DNA of 64,000 bases from positions 15,314,001 to 15,378,000 of the forward strand of contig CM120641.1 of NCBI GenBank assembly GCA_051362555.1. The letters are read 5' to 3'. The position numbers and the translations under genes are program-made. Positions 14,701 to 27,532 of this stretch are shown piece by piece. Positions within the stretch are counted from its first letter, which is position 1. The number at the start of each line of letters is the position of its first letter. Origin of the DNA: Lingula anatina (taxonomy: Eukaryota; Animalia; Brachiopoda). A model generated the notes under the pieces. That model worked only from the letters and a program-made list of their open reading frames with translations. It made no database searches and had not been told where the DNA came from.

Positions 14701-17700
14701 TAGAGGAAGTTGGACCCAGATATGAAGCTTCAGTAACAAAAAAAATTACTAATTCAACATTCTTTACAAAATAAAGAATCCTAACATGTGTCTAAATTAT
14801 TTAAAGAAAATCTTTTTTTTTTTCAATAACTGACAATTCTGTCACTTGATGCATTACTTAGCCATTGTTTGCAGGCTCTTTGCAAAGCAGCAAAGCATTA
14901 TGCAGACAATGTCCACCAGAAACTGAAGGAGGCAGGTTATTACGATGAGATAGGACAGTTTGATGTGACAGAACAGGTGAGAACATGTTACAACTGTTTT
15001 TCCACTCTTCAGACATTATGAAAGTACAATAAGTTATACTATCTTCAGCATGTATGGGTGTATAGAGCTGTATTAAGTCCATAATTATTTCTGATATATC
15101 AGAATGTGGAAAAAAGAAATCCTGTTGTGCTTCAAAATTTGACTTCATAGCTAAGCGTCAAGTTCAAAAATGGTTCTGAACAAATTTTATTTTGGAAAAA
15201 AATATTTTATTAAACCCTATATATTTTCACCTTACTGCCTTGGTATCTGGAAGAGACAAGGATAAACCTACTTGAATTGTATTTGACTAGGAAAATCTGT
15301 CCAACATAGATTCTGACATTTTATAATGAATTTAAAAAGTATGCTACACAAGAGGGTAATAATATTAGTAGTATGTGTCTACGGCTGTAATTTTTTCAGG
15401 GCCATGGGATGATGACTTCAAAAACAGTGTTTATTTGAACAGGCAGCTATTTATTTTATGGAAGTGATAAAAACTTGAGCAATCTTTCACAATTGTAATC
15501 TTCCAGCTCTGCATTACTATCAACAACATAGAGCAAGTCCGCAAGGCCCTGAAGCCCCTTCCAGAGCAGCTTCATTTTGCTGAGATAGAACATGCTGTGG
15601 GCAAGGCTCATGGGGAGCATGCTGAGAGACAGACCAGACAGGCACTGCACAAGCTGATTGAAGGGGCAGATAAGGAAATGGTGCAGAAGATCAAACAAGT
15701 GGTAGACAGAGTGGCAGATAGGGTGCGTATATAGGACCTCCATGTTTCCCCCCCCCCCAAAAAAAATAATTTTTTTTAAATTTCAAGTTAATGTAGAATT
15801 TTGCAAAGAGCCGTTGCTATATTTCAAAAGTCTGTGCCCTATTTTCTAGTGCCATTGCCATTGTTCATCACCCAGAAAAAGAAATGATTGTCAATAATTT
15901 GGGACCCATTCTTCATGAAATTCTGGAAACGGTTATTTTTATTATATGGTGCTTAATATTTTGAGAAAAATTGACATTTGCATGACTTGTAATTTAGAGA
16001 TGTTGATACAAACATTTGTGTGTGATAAAAATGTCTCTTTTTTTCTAAGATATTGTATTGATGTCTTCATATATTTATTTCAGATGAGACCAGACATTAA
16101 GAAGGATGTATTTCACCTGTGCTGGGCACCTGAAGCTCTACCTGCAGAAAAGGTAATTTCATGTAGCTCTGAAAGCCATTGTGGAAAACATGGCGGGATT
16201 TCCCCAGTCAGTGAAATCTTAGCACAGTATTTAATAGTGAATTTTAACACTAAATATTAACGGTATAACAACTCTTTGTATGAGATCTATATTTCACAAT
16301 AAATACATTGTAAACAAATTACAGAAATACATCTTATTTTACCACAAAAATAGCAGTTTTAGCAATTAATCTGAAATCTGTGCTTGTCATCAGTCCACGT
16401 GACCTCCATAGATGGCTATACTTTGTAATAATCTCTTGAGAGATTATTACAAAAAACAAACTTGTGAGAAAAAAAACATGGACTAACTTTGAGTGTAGAA
16501 ATGGATTCATTAACCATTGGTAAGTATGGGAAAATTGCCGTTTACCCCAGGAAAATGAACAGTTGTTACCCTTTTAATGTTCATTACAGAATATGATGAT
16601 GACTTTGATCTTGAATCAAATAGTTGAAAAAAAAAGCACGAATATTATTTTACAGGCTATCAACCATTTGATGGAATACCTGGACAGTAATTTGTTGACC
16701 CTTAACAAGCATCTCCTTAGAACCAACTTTGAACGTATTCTCGACTCCATATGGGTGGAAGTACTGGAAGAAATAAAAGAAGTGATAGCTCAAGAGGAAG
16801 AAGGGGTGAGTAACTGTGCCCCCAGCATGGAGTAAGGTATTATGCTGCATGCTGTTGTGACCAAATGACAGATGGCTCTCAAACTAAACACCTTGCATTC
16901 CTGTAAATATTTTTATTTGGTTGTCACTTTAACTTTAAATTTCTTTACCTAAATGTTAAGCTTTACCCTCCAAAATTTTGGGTAATTTAGTGCTTTGATA
17001 ATTATTCGGATCCAAAACCAATATTTGATATCTCTCTAAAATAATTATGAATGTCTTTTGGTTTATGTCAATGTACCATAAAATTGGCTATAAATGTATT
17101 TACTGTCAAGACTCAGTTAGCACTAAAAATTGATAAAAGTGTTATGTTATGACTTCAGTCCTGTGAACTGTCCTCAAATTTAATCTTCCAGAAAACAAAA
17201 TCTTTCTATGAAAGGCTGTATGACTCCTGCAAGATCTTAGAAGATTTTTTTCATGCTGGCAAGAAAGGGCTGTCTAAGACACAGTTGTATTCAGAACAGT
17301 ACAGGGTGAGTTGAAACTGCTGCAATTAGTACCAGTAACAGTAATGAAATTTGGTTTTGTTTCATAATGAAGGTGTGAAAATAATGGCAGCTTCATTTAT
17401 TTAACTGCACTTTAAAAGCATGGCAATATGTATTCTAATGAAAACCCGCCCATCTTCTGTTTATAACACTTCCACTGGAAGTTTGTCTCAATAAACAAAT
17501 TAGTTCTTCAAATTATTTATCAAGTACAAAATAATTTTTTATTCTCTGTGTATTGAATATTTTCTATTTTTTCATCTAGGAATTACTGAAGTTAATGGAG
17601 TACAACAGGTCAAACACACCAAGACTAATAGAGTTATATTATCAGCAGAGATTAGAGGAACAGGTAGGTGTTACAGAGCCAGCTAGGGAAAATTATATTT

Positions 17701-19642
17701 CTTAATTAATAGTTTTAATAAGCTTTGCTATTGGTGTCAGTTGGAGTTTTCACAGGATTTGAACTGCTATCATGTGAAAAGTATATCTGTGACAACATAA
17801 CCATTTGCTTGCACAGAGACATTCTGGACAGATAATGACTCAATAATCTTGAACAAATCTGATGCATTAGATTTAGCAGTTGAATTTATAAAAGTCTACT
17901 TGTTTATGAAATTATGTCCCATCTGTTTTTATGTACAGACACAGATGTGTCTGTACATATAGCCATCATCTGCGTCTGTCGTCGCCGTCGTCGTCGCCGT
18001 CGCCGTGCACTTTTACCGATAACACGATAAGTGGAAAACCATTTTACCTTTTGGCTTGAAACTTACAGAACTGATAAATATTCATAATACGCAGGTCAAG
18101 TTCGAAAATCAGCATGATCGGGTCACTTATAGGGAATTTATGCTGTTTTTTACTTTTTTCAGCATATATGCAGCACCGATAACACGATAAGTGGAAAACC
18201 ATTTTACCTTTTGACTTGAAACTTACAGAACTGATGAATATTCATAATACGCAGGTCAAGTTCGAAAATCAGCATGATCGGGTCACTTATAGGGAATTTA
18301 TGCTGTTTTTTACTTTTTTCAGCACATATGCAGCACCGATAACACGATAAGTGGAAAACCATTTTACCTTTTGACTTGAAACTTACAGAACTGATGAATA
18401 TTCATAATACGCAGGTCAAGTTCGAAAATCAGCATGATCGGGTCACTTTTAGGGAATTTAAGCTGTTTTTTTCACTTTTTTCAGCATATATGCAGCACCG
18501 ATAACACGATAAGTGGAAAACCATTTTACCTTTTGACTTGAAACTTACAGAACTGATGAATATTCATAATACGCAGGTCAAGTTTGAAAATCAGCATGAT
18601 CGGGTAACTTTTAGGGAATTTATGCTGTTTTTTTCACTTTTTTCAGCATATATGCAGCACCGATAACACGATAAGTGGAAAACCATTTTACCTTGTGACT
18701 TGAAACTTACAGAACTGATGAATATTCAAAATACGCAGGTCAAGTTTGAAAATCAGCCTGATTGGGCCATTTTGAGGGAATTTATGCTGTTTTTCCATTA
18801 TTTTCAATATAAATGCAACACTGATAACACAATATAAGAAAAACGGATTGGCCAATTGCAATTATACTCACAAGAGTGGTCAATCTTACTAAAACGCAGG
18901 TTGAGTTCGAAAATCAGCATAATCGGGCCATTATTTTAGAAGTTATACTGTTTTTTTTCACATTTCCTCAGATTCAATTATTAGGCATGTTAACAGTCTC
19001 ATTATTTAACTAATAAGATACGTAAAAGTGTTTGTTTGGCATTTCCTGCAATTTTACAACATTATTAGTTGATTATGTAAAAATGATGGTAAACTTGTTA
19101 TCATGTATTGTGTAATAAAGTTTCAAAAATGGAAATAAACTCATATCATTGCAGTTTGTCAGATTCAATCATTCACTATGTTCAGAATCTCAGAATGGAA
19201 GAGATTGGACATTTAACACTGCTCTGTTGATATTTTTCCCATCTCATCAATTTTCTTAGTTGGTCATATAAAAATGGCAGTAAAATGTTTATTTTGTTTT
19301 ATGTTAAAAAAGTGTTAAAGATGGAAATAAACCCATTTCAGAACAGTGCTGTCTTGTTTACATTTTGGCATTTTCAAGGCGTGACTTTGAAGTTCCATGG
19401 GCCTGAAGACCTTTGCTAGTCACATTTTCTGAATATCTGTGATACAAATATTTTATAATTAAAAATTGATGGTCATTAAGCTGTTAAACATTATGTAATA
19501 TTGCATCAAAATTTGAAGAAACCCCTATTTTGGGCACTGCTTCCATGATGACCATTTAAGGAAAATCATGTCACTTACTGTTCTCAAACTTACAGGAAAG
19601 AAACATGGGACTAAAATACAGCTTCAGTAGGCAATGCAGTCT

Positions 19643-19687
<45 letters not shown>

Positions 19688-22600
19688 AGTTTTTTTTGAA
19701 AATTTAATTTTTTACATATTGGCATTTTCAAGGTGTGACGTTTAAGTTCCATGATCTTGAAGACTTTTGCTTGTCACATTTTCTGAATGTCCATGTTACT
19801 AATATTTTATTAATAACATTTGATTGTCATTATGCTGTTAAACATTATGTAATGTTGCATCAAAATTTGAAGAAACCCCTATTTTGGGCACTGCTCCTAT
19901 GATGACCATTTAAGGGAAATCATGTCACTTACTGTTCTCAAACTTACAGGAAAGAAACATGGGTCTAACATACAGCTTCAATAGGCAATGCAGTCTGTTT
20001 GGTAAATTTTTCTGGCAATTTAACAGTTTTTTGTGAAAATTTAATTTTTCACTTATTTGCATCTTTATTTTCTGTTCTTTGTCTGTACATTTGACAGCTT
20101 TGCTGCCTTGTTTAGGTTTATCCAGACTTGTTCAGAGCTTCTGCTAAATTTGTCCATATGGTGTGAATGAAAAACGTCATATTTCAGTTGGTTATGTTTT
20201 TAGGCCTTTAATTTCATTTGTAAATTTATATAACTTGTTTTGTATTTGTTCAAATTAACCATAAGATTAGGCTTACAACCATGAAATTGTATTTCAGGAA
20301 GCACTGGAGAAGCATGAATATGGTGTTCTAACTGTGAGAGTATTCTACAGAGATGACCAGCTTGTTGTAGAAAGTATGTTTTGATATTTATCTAACATAT
20401 ATACATGTTTTTCTGTTTGAAAAAATTGTAAAGCAGCTGATTGAAAATGCTAAGTGTGCATTGTATATTTCCCACCAGAAATAAATGTGTTGATACTTTT
20501 TGTTCAATATAAATGTGACATAAGTTTTGAAATATGACTTGTTAATCTGTTATCATACTCTGTATGGCCTCAATGATGTACATAAAAGCACATTACAGAA
20601 AAGCAATCAAAATGGTGTGACTTTTTCATTGAAATACAACAATGCAAAATATTGAATTTGTAACCTGGAAATTTAGATATCATTGAGTACTTATGTTTAC
20701 CTCATTTATGTAAAATCTGCCACTGTTTTATGTCAGTAGTCCATGTAGCTTTTGCATGTCATAGTTTATGTTGCAATGTTCAAAGTGTTTTTATTGTTAT
20801 TTCAGTCTTACATGCTAAAGATGTCATTCCACTGGATAGAAATGGTAAGTTTTCAAATTCAGTCACAAATATTTGTGTTTATGCTATCAGGGAAAATAAA
20901 TTATCTGTGGTGTAGTTCACATTTGTTCACATAACTACATGTAGTTTCAATTTGCGTCACACATTTAGCATATTTTCATTTTCAGGTATGATTAAATTGT
21001 TGGATATACTAGTACAGTATTTATTACAAGCATAAATAGTCTGTGACCTTGTCATTTATGTTAGAAGATAAACAATTTTCCAAATTTGAGCAAATTTGTA
21101 CATATTTTTTTTATATTTCAAAACTCATACATAGTATTTGATAAAACTGGATAAATTCCCTGACTTCATTCCCTATTGCTAAATTAAAGTTAATATTCTC
21201 ACAATTTGTCAGACTTATGAATTATCTCTGTGTATTCTAGGATTAAGTGACCCCTATGTTCTGGTAGAATTGGTCCCTGAACATGTGTTCCCTGACCAGG
21301 AAGTCCAGCAGACACGGGTGGTCAAGAATAACCTCAACCCTCTTTTTGAGGAGACATTTGAATAGTAAGTTTTTCTTATACTGTTATTATTAATAGAAAC
21401 TTTTTGTTGCTAAACATTAAGACATCATAAATTTCTGTTAGTCAGAGCTACTTGTGTTTTTTTTTTTTTTTTACCTCAAAAGCTTTTAAATGCTTTTGCC
21501 TTTAAGTTCTAATTAATTATATTTTTGGGGTTTTACCTTGGCTTAAAAAAAACAGATCCAGTGAAAGAATGAACCCATATTTTTAAAAGTACTTGTATAC
21601 ACAGTTTCACTCACTGAATTTCCAACTCTATGGGCGTATTCCCAAAGATTTTAGATCGATCTATCCCCGTGGGGAGTCTCACTAGATTACTGTCAGATAA
21701 TCCGGCTTAAATGTCCGTCCCGCCTACTACAAGCTGTAAGGGGGTAATTAACTTTCGTGCCCACTCGGCTGACAGCTATTTAGCGTGAACCCCCAGGGAG
21801 TTAGGTCGATCAAGTTTGGATAGATCTAATCTCTGGGAATGGGGTCTATCTTTCCAGCACAGTGAGTAAGAAGCAGTGCTGTCACCATGGAGCCTCTATC
21901 CTCTTTACTGTGATGGATCATGACTTGCTGATGAAGAACGACTATGCTGGGGAAGCCATTTTCTCTCTCAATGAAGTCCCAGGCATACACGGAGAGGAGG
22001 TGACAGGATACGAGGCTCTGAAGGAGTCCCACCTTCCTCTTACTCAGCCAAGACCAAAGAGTAAGTTTTATGTTGCAATTACTGGAACACTAGATCCAGG
22101 ATTTTTGTTAAGATTTTGATTTTTGTTAAGCTAATGTAAAAAAGAAGATGAGAATGATTTTACTTATTTAATAAAGGGCATTTGGGTGAAGAAATTGCTT
22201 GTTTCTTTTCTTGTTTTGTTCATGATATTTTTTAAGGGGGGGAAAGGAAGGGGAATACCTTGTAAACTATGGGAAGGGGCCCATACCTGCTGTTTCCCTA
22301 CTCTCTTGGATCTGTCATTGCCAGTCTTTGTCCCTATTCTCTATCACTCAACTTTTGTCATATAATTTCAAAACAGTCACTCTAGCAAATTGTTTATGCC
22401 AGTGCATCATAAATTGTGTTGAACATGCCAGTGAAGTATTTGTCTTTTTATGGTGATTGGATTATCCCATGGATCTATACTTGGACATAATAAACATCGT
22501 CATTATGTCCAAGATCTATATCAGTGTTTTGTTACCTATCATTTGCCAATGAAATGCCAAATGAACAGCTTGTTCAATATTACCAGCTTGTGATGAAATT

Positions 22601-22772
22601 TTAATCTGTACTAGGATGTTAACCATGTCTCACTAAGGTTCCTTGTGTTTTAGTGAGTGGTGCACTGTCTGTACTAGAGTCCAGAACGGATGACAAGATG
22701 GCTCAGGATTTTGTCAAGAAGAGGAGAACCATTGAAGAAGAAGCTGCTGCAAATTGCAAACCAGAATCTTAA
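407..22772 (+). CDS. BAIAP3: BAI1-associated protein 3 / Munc13-4-like (C2A-MUN-C2B) vesicle priming protein, multi-exon, 5' part outside window
   Basis: In-phase GT-AG exons: 407-451, 912-1077, 1480-1683, 1915-2015, 2403-2520, 3061-3185, 3662-3752, 4156-4212, 6952-7049, 7368-7419, 9614-9768, 10292-10415, 13929-13997, 14367-14441, 14875-14976, 15507-15722, 16084-16152, 16656-16805, 17192-17305, 17580-17663, 20298-20373, 20806-20844, 21241-21364, 21858-22060, 22654-22772 (TAA). Motifs: C2A LHIDIWDHDDE...DDFLG; [40 protein letters not shown]; C2B LDRNGLSDPYV...NPLFEETFE...[18 protein letters not shown] with all five Ca-binding Asp. Family is secure; BAIAP3 over UNC13D is by resemblance. Confidence 0.9.
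4972..5019 (+). CDS. Candidate 48-nt cassette exon of BAIAP3 ([16 protein letters not shown])
   Basis: Pyrimidine/TGC-rich tract ending tag, open phase 0-0 frame, donor GAG|gtatat; host intron 4213-6951 is phase 0. Confidence 0.6.
5643..5697. repeat. (ATTT)n microsatellite
   Basis: Read directly from sequence. Confidence 0.95.
7909..7944 (+). CDS. Candidate 36-nt exon of BAIAP3 ([12 protein letters not shown])
   Basis: Acceptor ttgttccccccag, donor GAG|gtcagt, phase 0-0 within phase-0 intron 7420-9613. Confidence 0.65.
11278..11289 (+). CDS. Candidate 12-nt microexon of BAIAP3 (ELEK)
   Basis: cttgcaatgcacttgcacag|GAATTGGAAAAG|gtatgc; phase 0-0 within phase-0 intron 10416-13928. Confidence 0.5.
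11481..11739. mobile_element. PIF/Harbinger-like foldback MITE, subfamily C
   Basis: Long imperfect inverted arms, termini gacccc.../...tatgggaatggggcc, flanks tca/taa; similar to the copy at 56752-56982. Confidence 0.7.
12497..12752. mobile_element. PIF/Harbinger-like foldback MITE, subfamily A
   Basis: 256 bp inverted-repeat element, perfect TTA TSD (12494-96, 12753-55), central gtaattaact motif; colinear with 24737-24992. Confidence 0.8.
18015..18960. repeat. Tandem array, 160-162 bp unit, about 6 copies
   Basis: Units start accgataacacgataagtggaaaacc at 18015, 18175, 18335, 18497, 18659, with a diverged copy at about 18820. Confidence 0.97.
19367..20000. repeat. Direct duplication, about 354 bp period, 2 copies, with a poly-T run at the end of copy 1
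   Basis: ggcattttcaagg...gcaatgcagtctgttt begins at 19367 and again at 19721. Confidence 0.9.
21632..21846. mobile_element. PIF/Harbinger-like MITE, subfamily B, 11 nt upstream of a BAIAP3 exon
   Basis: TAT TSD (21629-31, 21847-49), termini gggcgtattccca/tgggaatggggtc; close reverse-complement match to 58189-58403. Confidence 0.85.
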
Positions 22773-24560
22773 ATGTCTGAAAGAAGTTGGATATTGAAAT
22801 ATATTCAGTGCTTTGTTTTGTTCATGTGTACCAACCACAGGGAAAGAACCAAAGAGAGAACAGCTCCAAATGCTTGACTCTTTCGCAGCATTATCTTTGT
22901 TTTTTAGACTGTGGTGTGGCATGTGCTTGTAAACAGAGGTGGAAGTGCGTGTTGTTGTCTCTGCAAGATGTTAAGGAGCCAATCTCCCTTTTCCACTTAG
23001 AACTAGGATTTTCTTAAATGTTTGTCATAAATGATGAGGTTGGCAGCTGACAGTCACAGGGGTTGCAGGTTAAAGGAAAGTGACTGCAATGTAGTTTTCC
23101 TTTTAAAGGTATGGATTTTAAAACACATATAAAACATTCCAGGTATTATATGGAGCAGTTTTTTTTTATATTTTACAATAATGAAAATATACGGCTTTTG
23201 AATTGGTACATTATAACAATTGGACTATGTGTGCCAGATGTATTAATTAGAAAATTGGCCAAAATAGGTTATATGACCAGTTGCAGAAGGTCAGACACAA
23301 TCAAGGTCATCAAACTGACCCCAGTTGAAGTGTATGACAGCGGACTGTTGCATCACTGGCAAATTATTTGGTTGCTACAAAATATGAGATCATGGATGTT
23401 GTTACTTTTAATCAAAACAGTAGGTGATTCATTTGCAAGTAAATGTGCCTACATAAGTAATTGGTTTTTCATATTTTAAAATTAACATTTTTTCATCTGC
23501 TACAGTGTTTTGTTTTCAATCCAGAGATCTTTTTTTTTTTTTTTTTTTTTTTTGAAGTGATCCTATTGTTTTTTATGTGATATTTGCAATGTGCACTTTG
23601 CTTCAAAAAATAAGAGCTAAAAAAGTAAAAGCTCAAAAGATCGTTATGTAAAAGAATGGATTTTTTTGTCAGATTAACCCTTTTTTAAAAGATACTTTTA
23701 TATCTTTACATTCTTTTGCTTGAGTGGTTTCCATTTAGTAATACATTTTATTGTGGCCCTATGGATACTGGATTTTGCAAGTATAAATCTGCATTGAAAG
23801 ATATTCACAGAAATCTACTCATTTTTAATGAAGATTTTGCCTTAGCTTACTCTGTATCTTCCAAATAATAGATACATTCATAAACCTAGACTGAATTAGT
23901 AGACTTTTCTGGTCAAATTATTATTTTTTAATTCTCAACAAATGGATGTTATCATATTATCAAATACTGTATATTGCCAGGTTATTTGTGAACCATTTCA
24001 GAGATAAAGCTGAACTATAATTTAATGTCCAGATTAGACTTATTTATACATATATACATGTATGTATATTTATTTGTACATGGCATTCAGCCTTAATTAT
24101 ATTGCTTACAGATCTTAAAGATTTTCAGCTGTATTGCAATCCTAATTTAGTGCAATTGAAAGCTAACTAAAGAAATTTAAACCATATATCCAGCCTTAAA
24201 ACCAATATTTAAGTGTATTGACTGAATTTAATTGTTGTGTTGATGGAATGACATGTGGAAATGTTTAATTTAAATTCCTATTTTGTTTTTATATTTATAC
24301 CATGGGTTTTTGCTGTGTAAATAATTTCATGTTTACAGTTTCAATATCTTATTACTTCATTCTACACATTTATATCAGTCTTAACATAAATTGTATATTT
24401 TTTGTAAGTGTATTATATTTTCATTATACATTTTTGATTGAAACAAACAAAAAAAAAGATAATTATGCTATTTGATATTGCTAAAACTTGTAAAGGTCTT
24501 TTAACATGCCCTTACAATTTTTAAAGCTTGACAGCATTTTGTCACTTATTGCAATCAGTA

Positions 24561-24596
<36 letters not shown>

Positions 24597-24736
24597 GGAG
24601 GCACTGGTAAAAGAAATCCCCTTACAGCTATGCCTTGAAGCTAGTCACCTTTCAGAAACAATTCATTTATGCCTTTGCTGATGTGTACATATGTTAACAT
24701 TCTTCACTTTGGTTTATCTGTGACTGTTGTATCTAT

Positions 24737-24992
24737 GACCCCCTTCCCATACCTAGATCGATCTAGCAGGATCGACCAATCTCCGAGGGGTTTCTTGCTA
24801 AATTGCGTTCAGCATAAGCGGCTTTGATGTCTGGCACAGCTTCTGAAGCTGTTAGAGAGTAATTAACTATCGTTTAGCAGCTTCAGTAGGCGTGCCAGAC
24901 ATCTTAGCCACTTAAGCTAAATGCAATTTAGCAAAAATCCCCTCAGAGATGGATTGATCCCGTTAGATTGATCTAGGTATGGGAATGGGGTC
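24737..24992. mobile_element. PIF/Harbinger-like foldback MITE, subfamily A
   Basis: gacccccttcccatacctagatcgatcta ... tagattgatctaggtatgggaatggggtc; arms pair over about 120 bp; flanks tat/tct. Confidence 0.85.
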
Positions 24993-25981
24993 TCTGATAA
25001 TTTCTCCAACTGTTATATCATATGGTGGTGCATCTTTTGAGTATGGTGTTATTTCATTTAACAAAATTTATTTTTTGTATATTTCCATATTTTCATTTAG
25101 ATACTTTTCATTACTTTTATGTTTAAAATCTTTTTTCAAAATATAACTTGAAGGTATTCACTTTACATTGCAAATTTAGATGTGAATATTGTCCACGATA
25201 TGAGTTGTTAAAGCTAACCCATTTATGAATGATCTCTACTAATTGTGCAGGTCGTATGATGTTGTAAAAGAATAAAGAATTCAAAGTGAATAATTTTGCC
25301 TTCGGTTTTTTAGTATTATTATTATGATGATGATGACGAAGAAGATCGATCTCAAAAACTGGATACATAGTTTACATTCCAACTTTTTCCTATTACCTTT
25401 TAATGCTATATCATGTTAAGCGTATCGAAACTCTGAACTACCGGTATCACATGGGTATTGCAATTTATCTCCGTCATCTATAACTCGCATCGTTTATTAT
25501 ACGACCCATTAACTGTTTTATTACTATTATTGCAGTCCCTGACTCTCGGAAGGATATTCGTGTCATCCTTCGTAAATTTAACCTTAAACTTTTTTCAAAC
25601 GAGTTTCAAACTTCAAATGTCTCTCACCAATATTTGCTTTATTGCTTGTTCTCAAATGTGGAGGTTTCATATACCGTAGCAGTATTGAATGCTTAAAATA
25701 TGGCATGTAAAAACTAGCACACCACAAAGTGGTCACGAAACTCCCATTGTCTTAGTGCATATAATCACCCACCATTGCTTCTGACCAGGGAAGTTTAAGA
25801 GAACCTTTTGTTAAAATTCCTTGTTTTAACCAAAAAGGATTCGTTTTCACCCACAATTTTTTTGTATCCGTGTGCCAGAGACAAATTTATTTAGTTCTAG
25901 TAATGTAGGCCTTCTGTTTTATCAGTTTTCAGCTTGCAACGTAACATCTTTCTTGAAATGATTAGAAGCAGTTACTGAAAT

Positions 25982-27532
25982 TCAACCGCCATTCTGTTTG
26001 CACTGCAACATCAGACCCGCAAGTTTATAATGGAAACGAGCAGACGATTTTTTTACCTGCGGACTGCCGTCTGCATTGACGCACCAGCAGCTGAAATGAA
26101 AAACCCAGAAAATATTTATCAAGTAAAAGTAGAAAAAATAATTTGAATAACTCTGTCATCAAAGACAAAAAATATGGTCAGAAGAATTTATCTTTACGGT
26201 AGATATAGTAGTTTTAAGAAGTGTAGGTATAAAAATGAAAGTTTTTCATGAACACTTTCTATTGTAGGCCTACACGTTACGTAGTACACGTGTAGTACAA
26301 CTTGATGTAGTACAATTCATGTAGTACACGTGTATTTTTGGTCTAAAATTAAGTTTTCTCTCATCTAAGAGGACATAAAGACAAGGCATTTGGAACATAT
26401 AGCCGTTAACATATTTTTTTCTTCAATTTGTTAAATGATATAAACCACATGCTATGCCATAGACTTCAGCCAGTCATCTTGTTCGTTATCAAACTTCCAC
26501 TATTTTGCCTATTCATACAAAAATTTCGAAGTTGATTAGTTGTCTGCCAATCGACGAGGCCGTCTTCAAGAATCCCAACTTCAGAATACAAGTCTAAATA
26601 ATCTATTCCCCTTACCGTTCTAAATAGCACTGCTTGGGTCCAAACGTGCCGTCATTGTTACAACTGGGAGAAAAGTTAAAACGCGTCGACAACATGGCCT
26701 GTGCCCAGCAATTTGAAGATAACGAAGGTTCTTGCCACTTAACGTCCTCTGCAGAGTAATATATAATAAAGTTCCTTTAACCAAGCAACTAATGGAATAA
26801 TATAAATTGTCAAATAAATCAAAATACCAACCATATAGGGGCCTACCCGGGTGCCATTCCTGACATGGGTCTACCATACAATAAATATATATATATCATT
26901 TATTTTTAATGATTCAAATCTGATCTTGGGCCTACTGAATGACAGATCACAAAAGTTCCAGAACACTTGCCATGAATGTAGTTCGTACCATTAAATGCCA
27001 CATAGAAATAGTTCAAAGATTTCATTAAAATTTACTAAACGAGATACTTACTCTCTGGGTTATCAGAAAACCTAAGCCCAAACTTCCGCTTTAGTTTTTC
27101 CCGTACTGCAATGGGCCCGTTCGCTTTTACACTAGCCGGTTTTTTGCTAGGCAGATCAACGTCTGTTTCTATGCCAGTCCCTTCAAATCTTGAGATTTTT
27201 TTTGCCGGTTTAACATTATCATACTTTTTAATTTTATTTTCCTGCTTTTCGAGTTTTTCAGAATTCCTCGAATCTTCATCCTTGTCTTTATCATTTTTAT
27301 GCACAATTTCAGTTGGCCGATTGATTTTCTTTTGCCCGAAAGGAAGCGCAGGCTTGATATGTGCAAGTTTATTGCTCACGTCAAATGAGAAACCGTCACT
27401 CCCTTCAGCATTGATAACAGTAGCTTCTGATCCTTTAGGTAAGAAATCTTCTTCGTTGCCAAACTTTTCTGCCGCAAATGCACAACAGATAGTTCCAAAC
27501 AGAAATATCATCAACCATTCTGAAAAATCCAT
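25982..27532 (-). CDS. Secreted protein with a single C-terminal thyroglobulin type-1 domain (about 240 aa, 3 exons)
   Basis: Exons 27532-27052, 26748-26616, 26090-25982 join in frame. Signal peptide MDFSEWLMIFLFGTICCAFA, charged linker, then CWAQAMLSTRFNFSPSCNNDGTFGPKQCYLERCWCVNADG...LQC (QC and CWCV hallmarks, 6 Cys). AATAAA on the minus strand at 25886-25891. Confidence 0.88.

Larger units (their letters stand above)
17926..20113 (+). mobile_element. Non-autonomous Helentron-associated element (HINE/DINE-1/pearl-like) carrying tandem arrays
   Basis: 5' T-run, subTIR atgtacagaca (17931), its nearby inverted copy tgtctgtacat (17948-58), (GTC/GCC)n microsatellite, internal tandem repeats, 3' subTIR tgtctgtacat (20080-90), hairpin gacagc-ttt-gctgcc (20093-107), then ttgttt. 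Confidence 0.8.

Noticed and set aside
18015-18960. Regular repeats as a CRISPR array
   Set aside because: Whole 160-bp units repeat with no unique spacers, there are no cas genes, and the context is a eukaryotic intron.
26620-26877. 85-aa minus-strand ORF as listed in the track
   Set aside because: Wrong frame; the spliced frame encodes the thyroglobulin type-1 domain.
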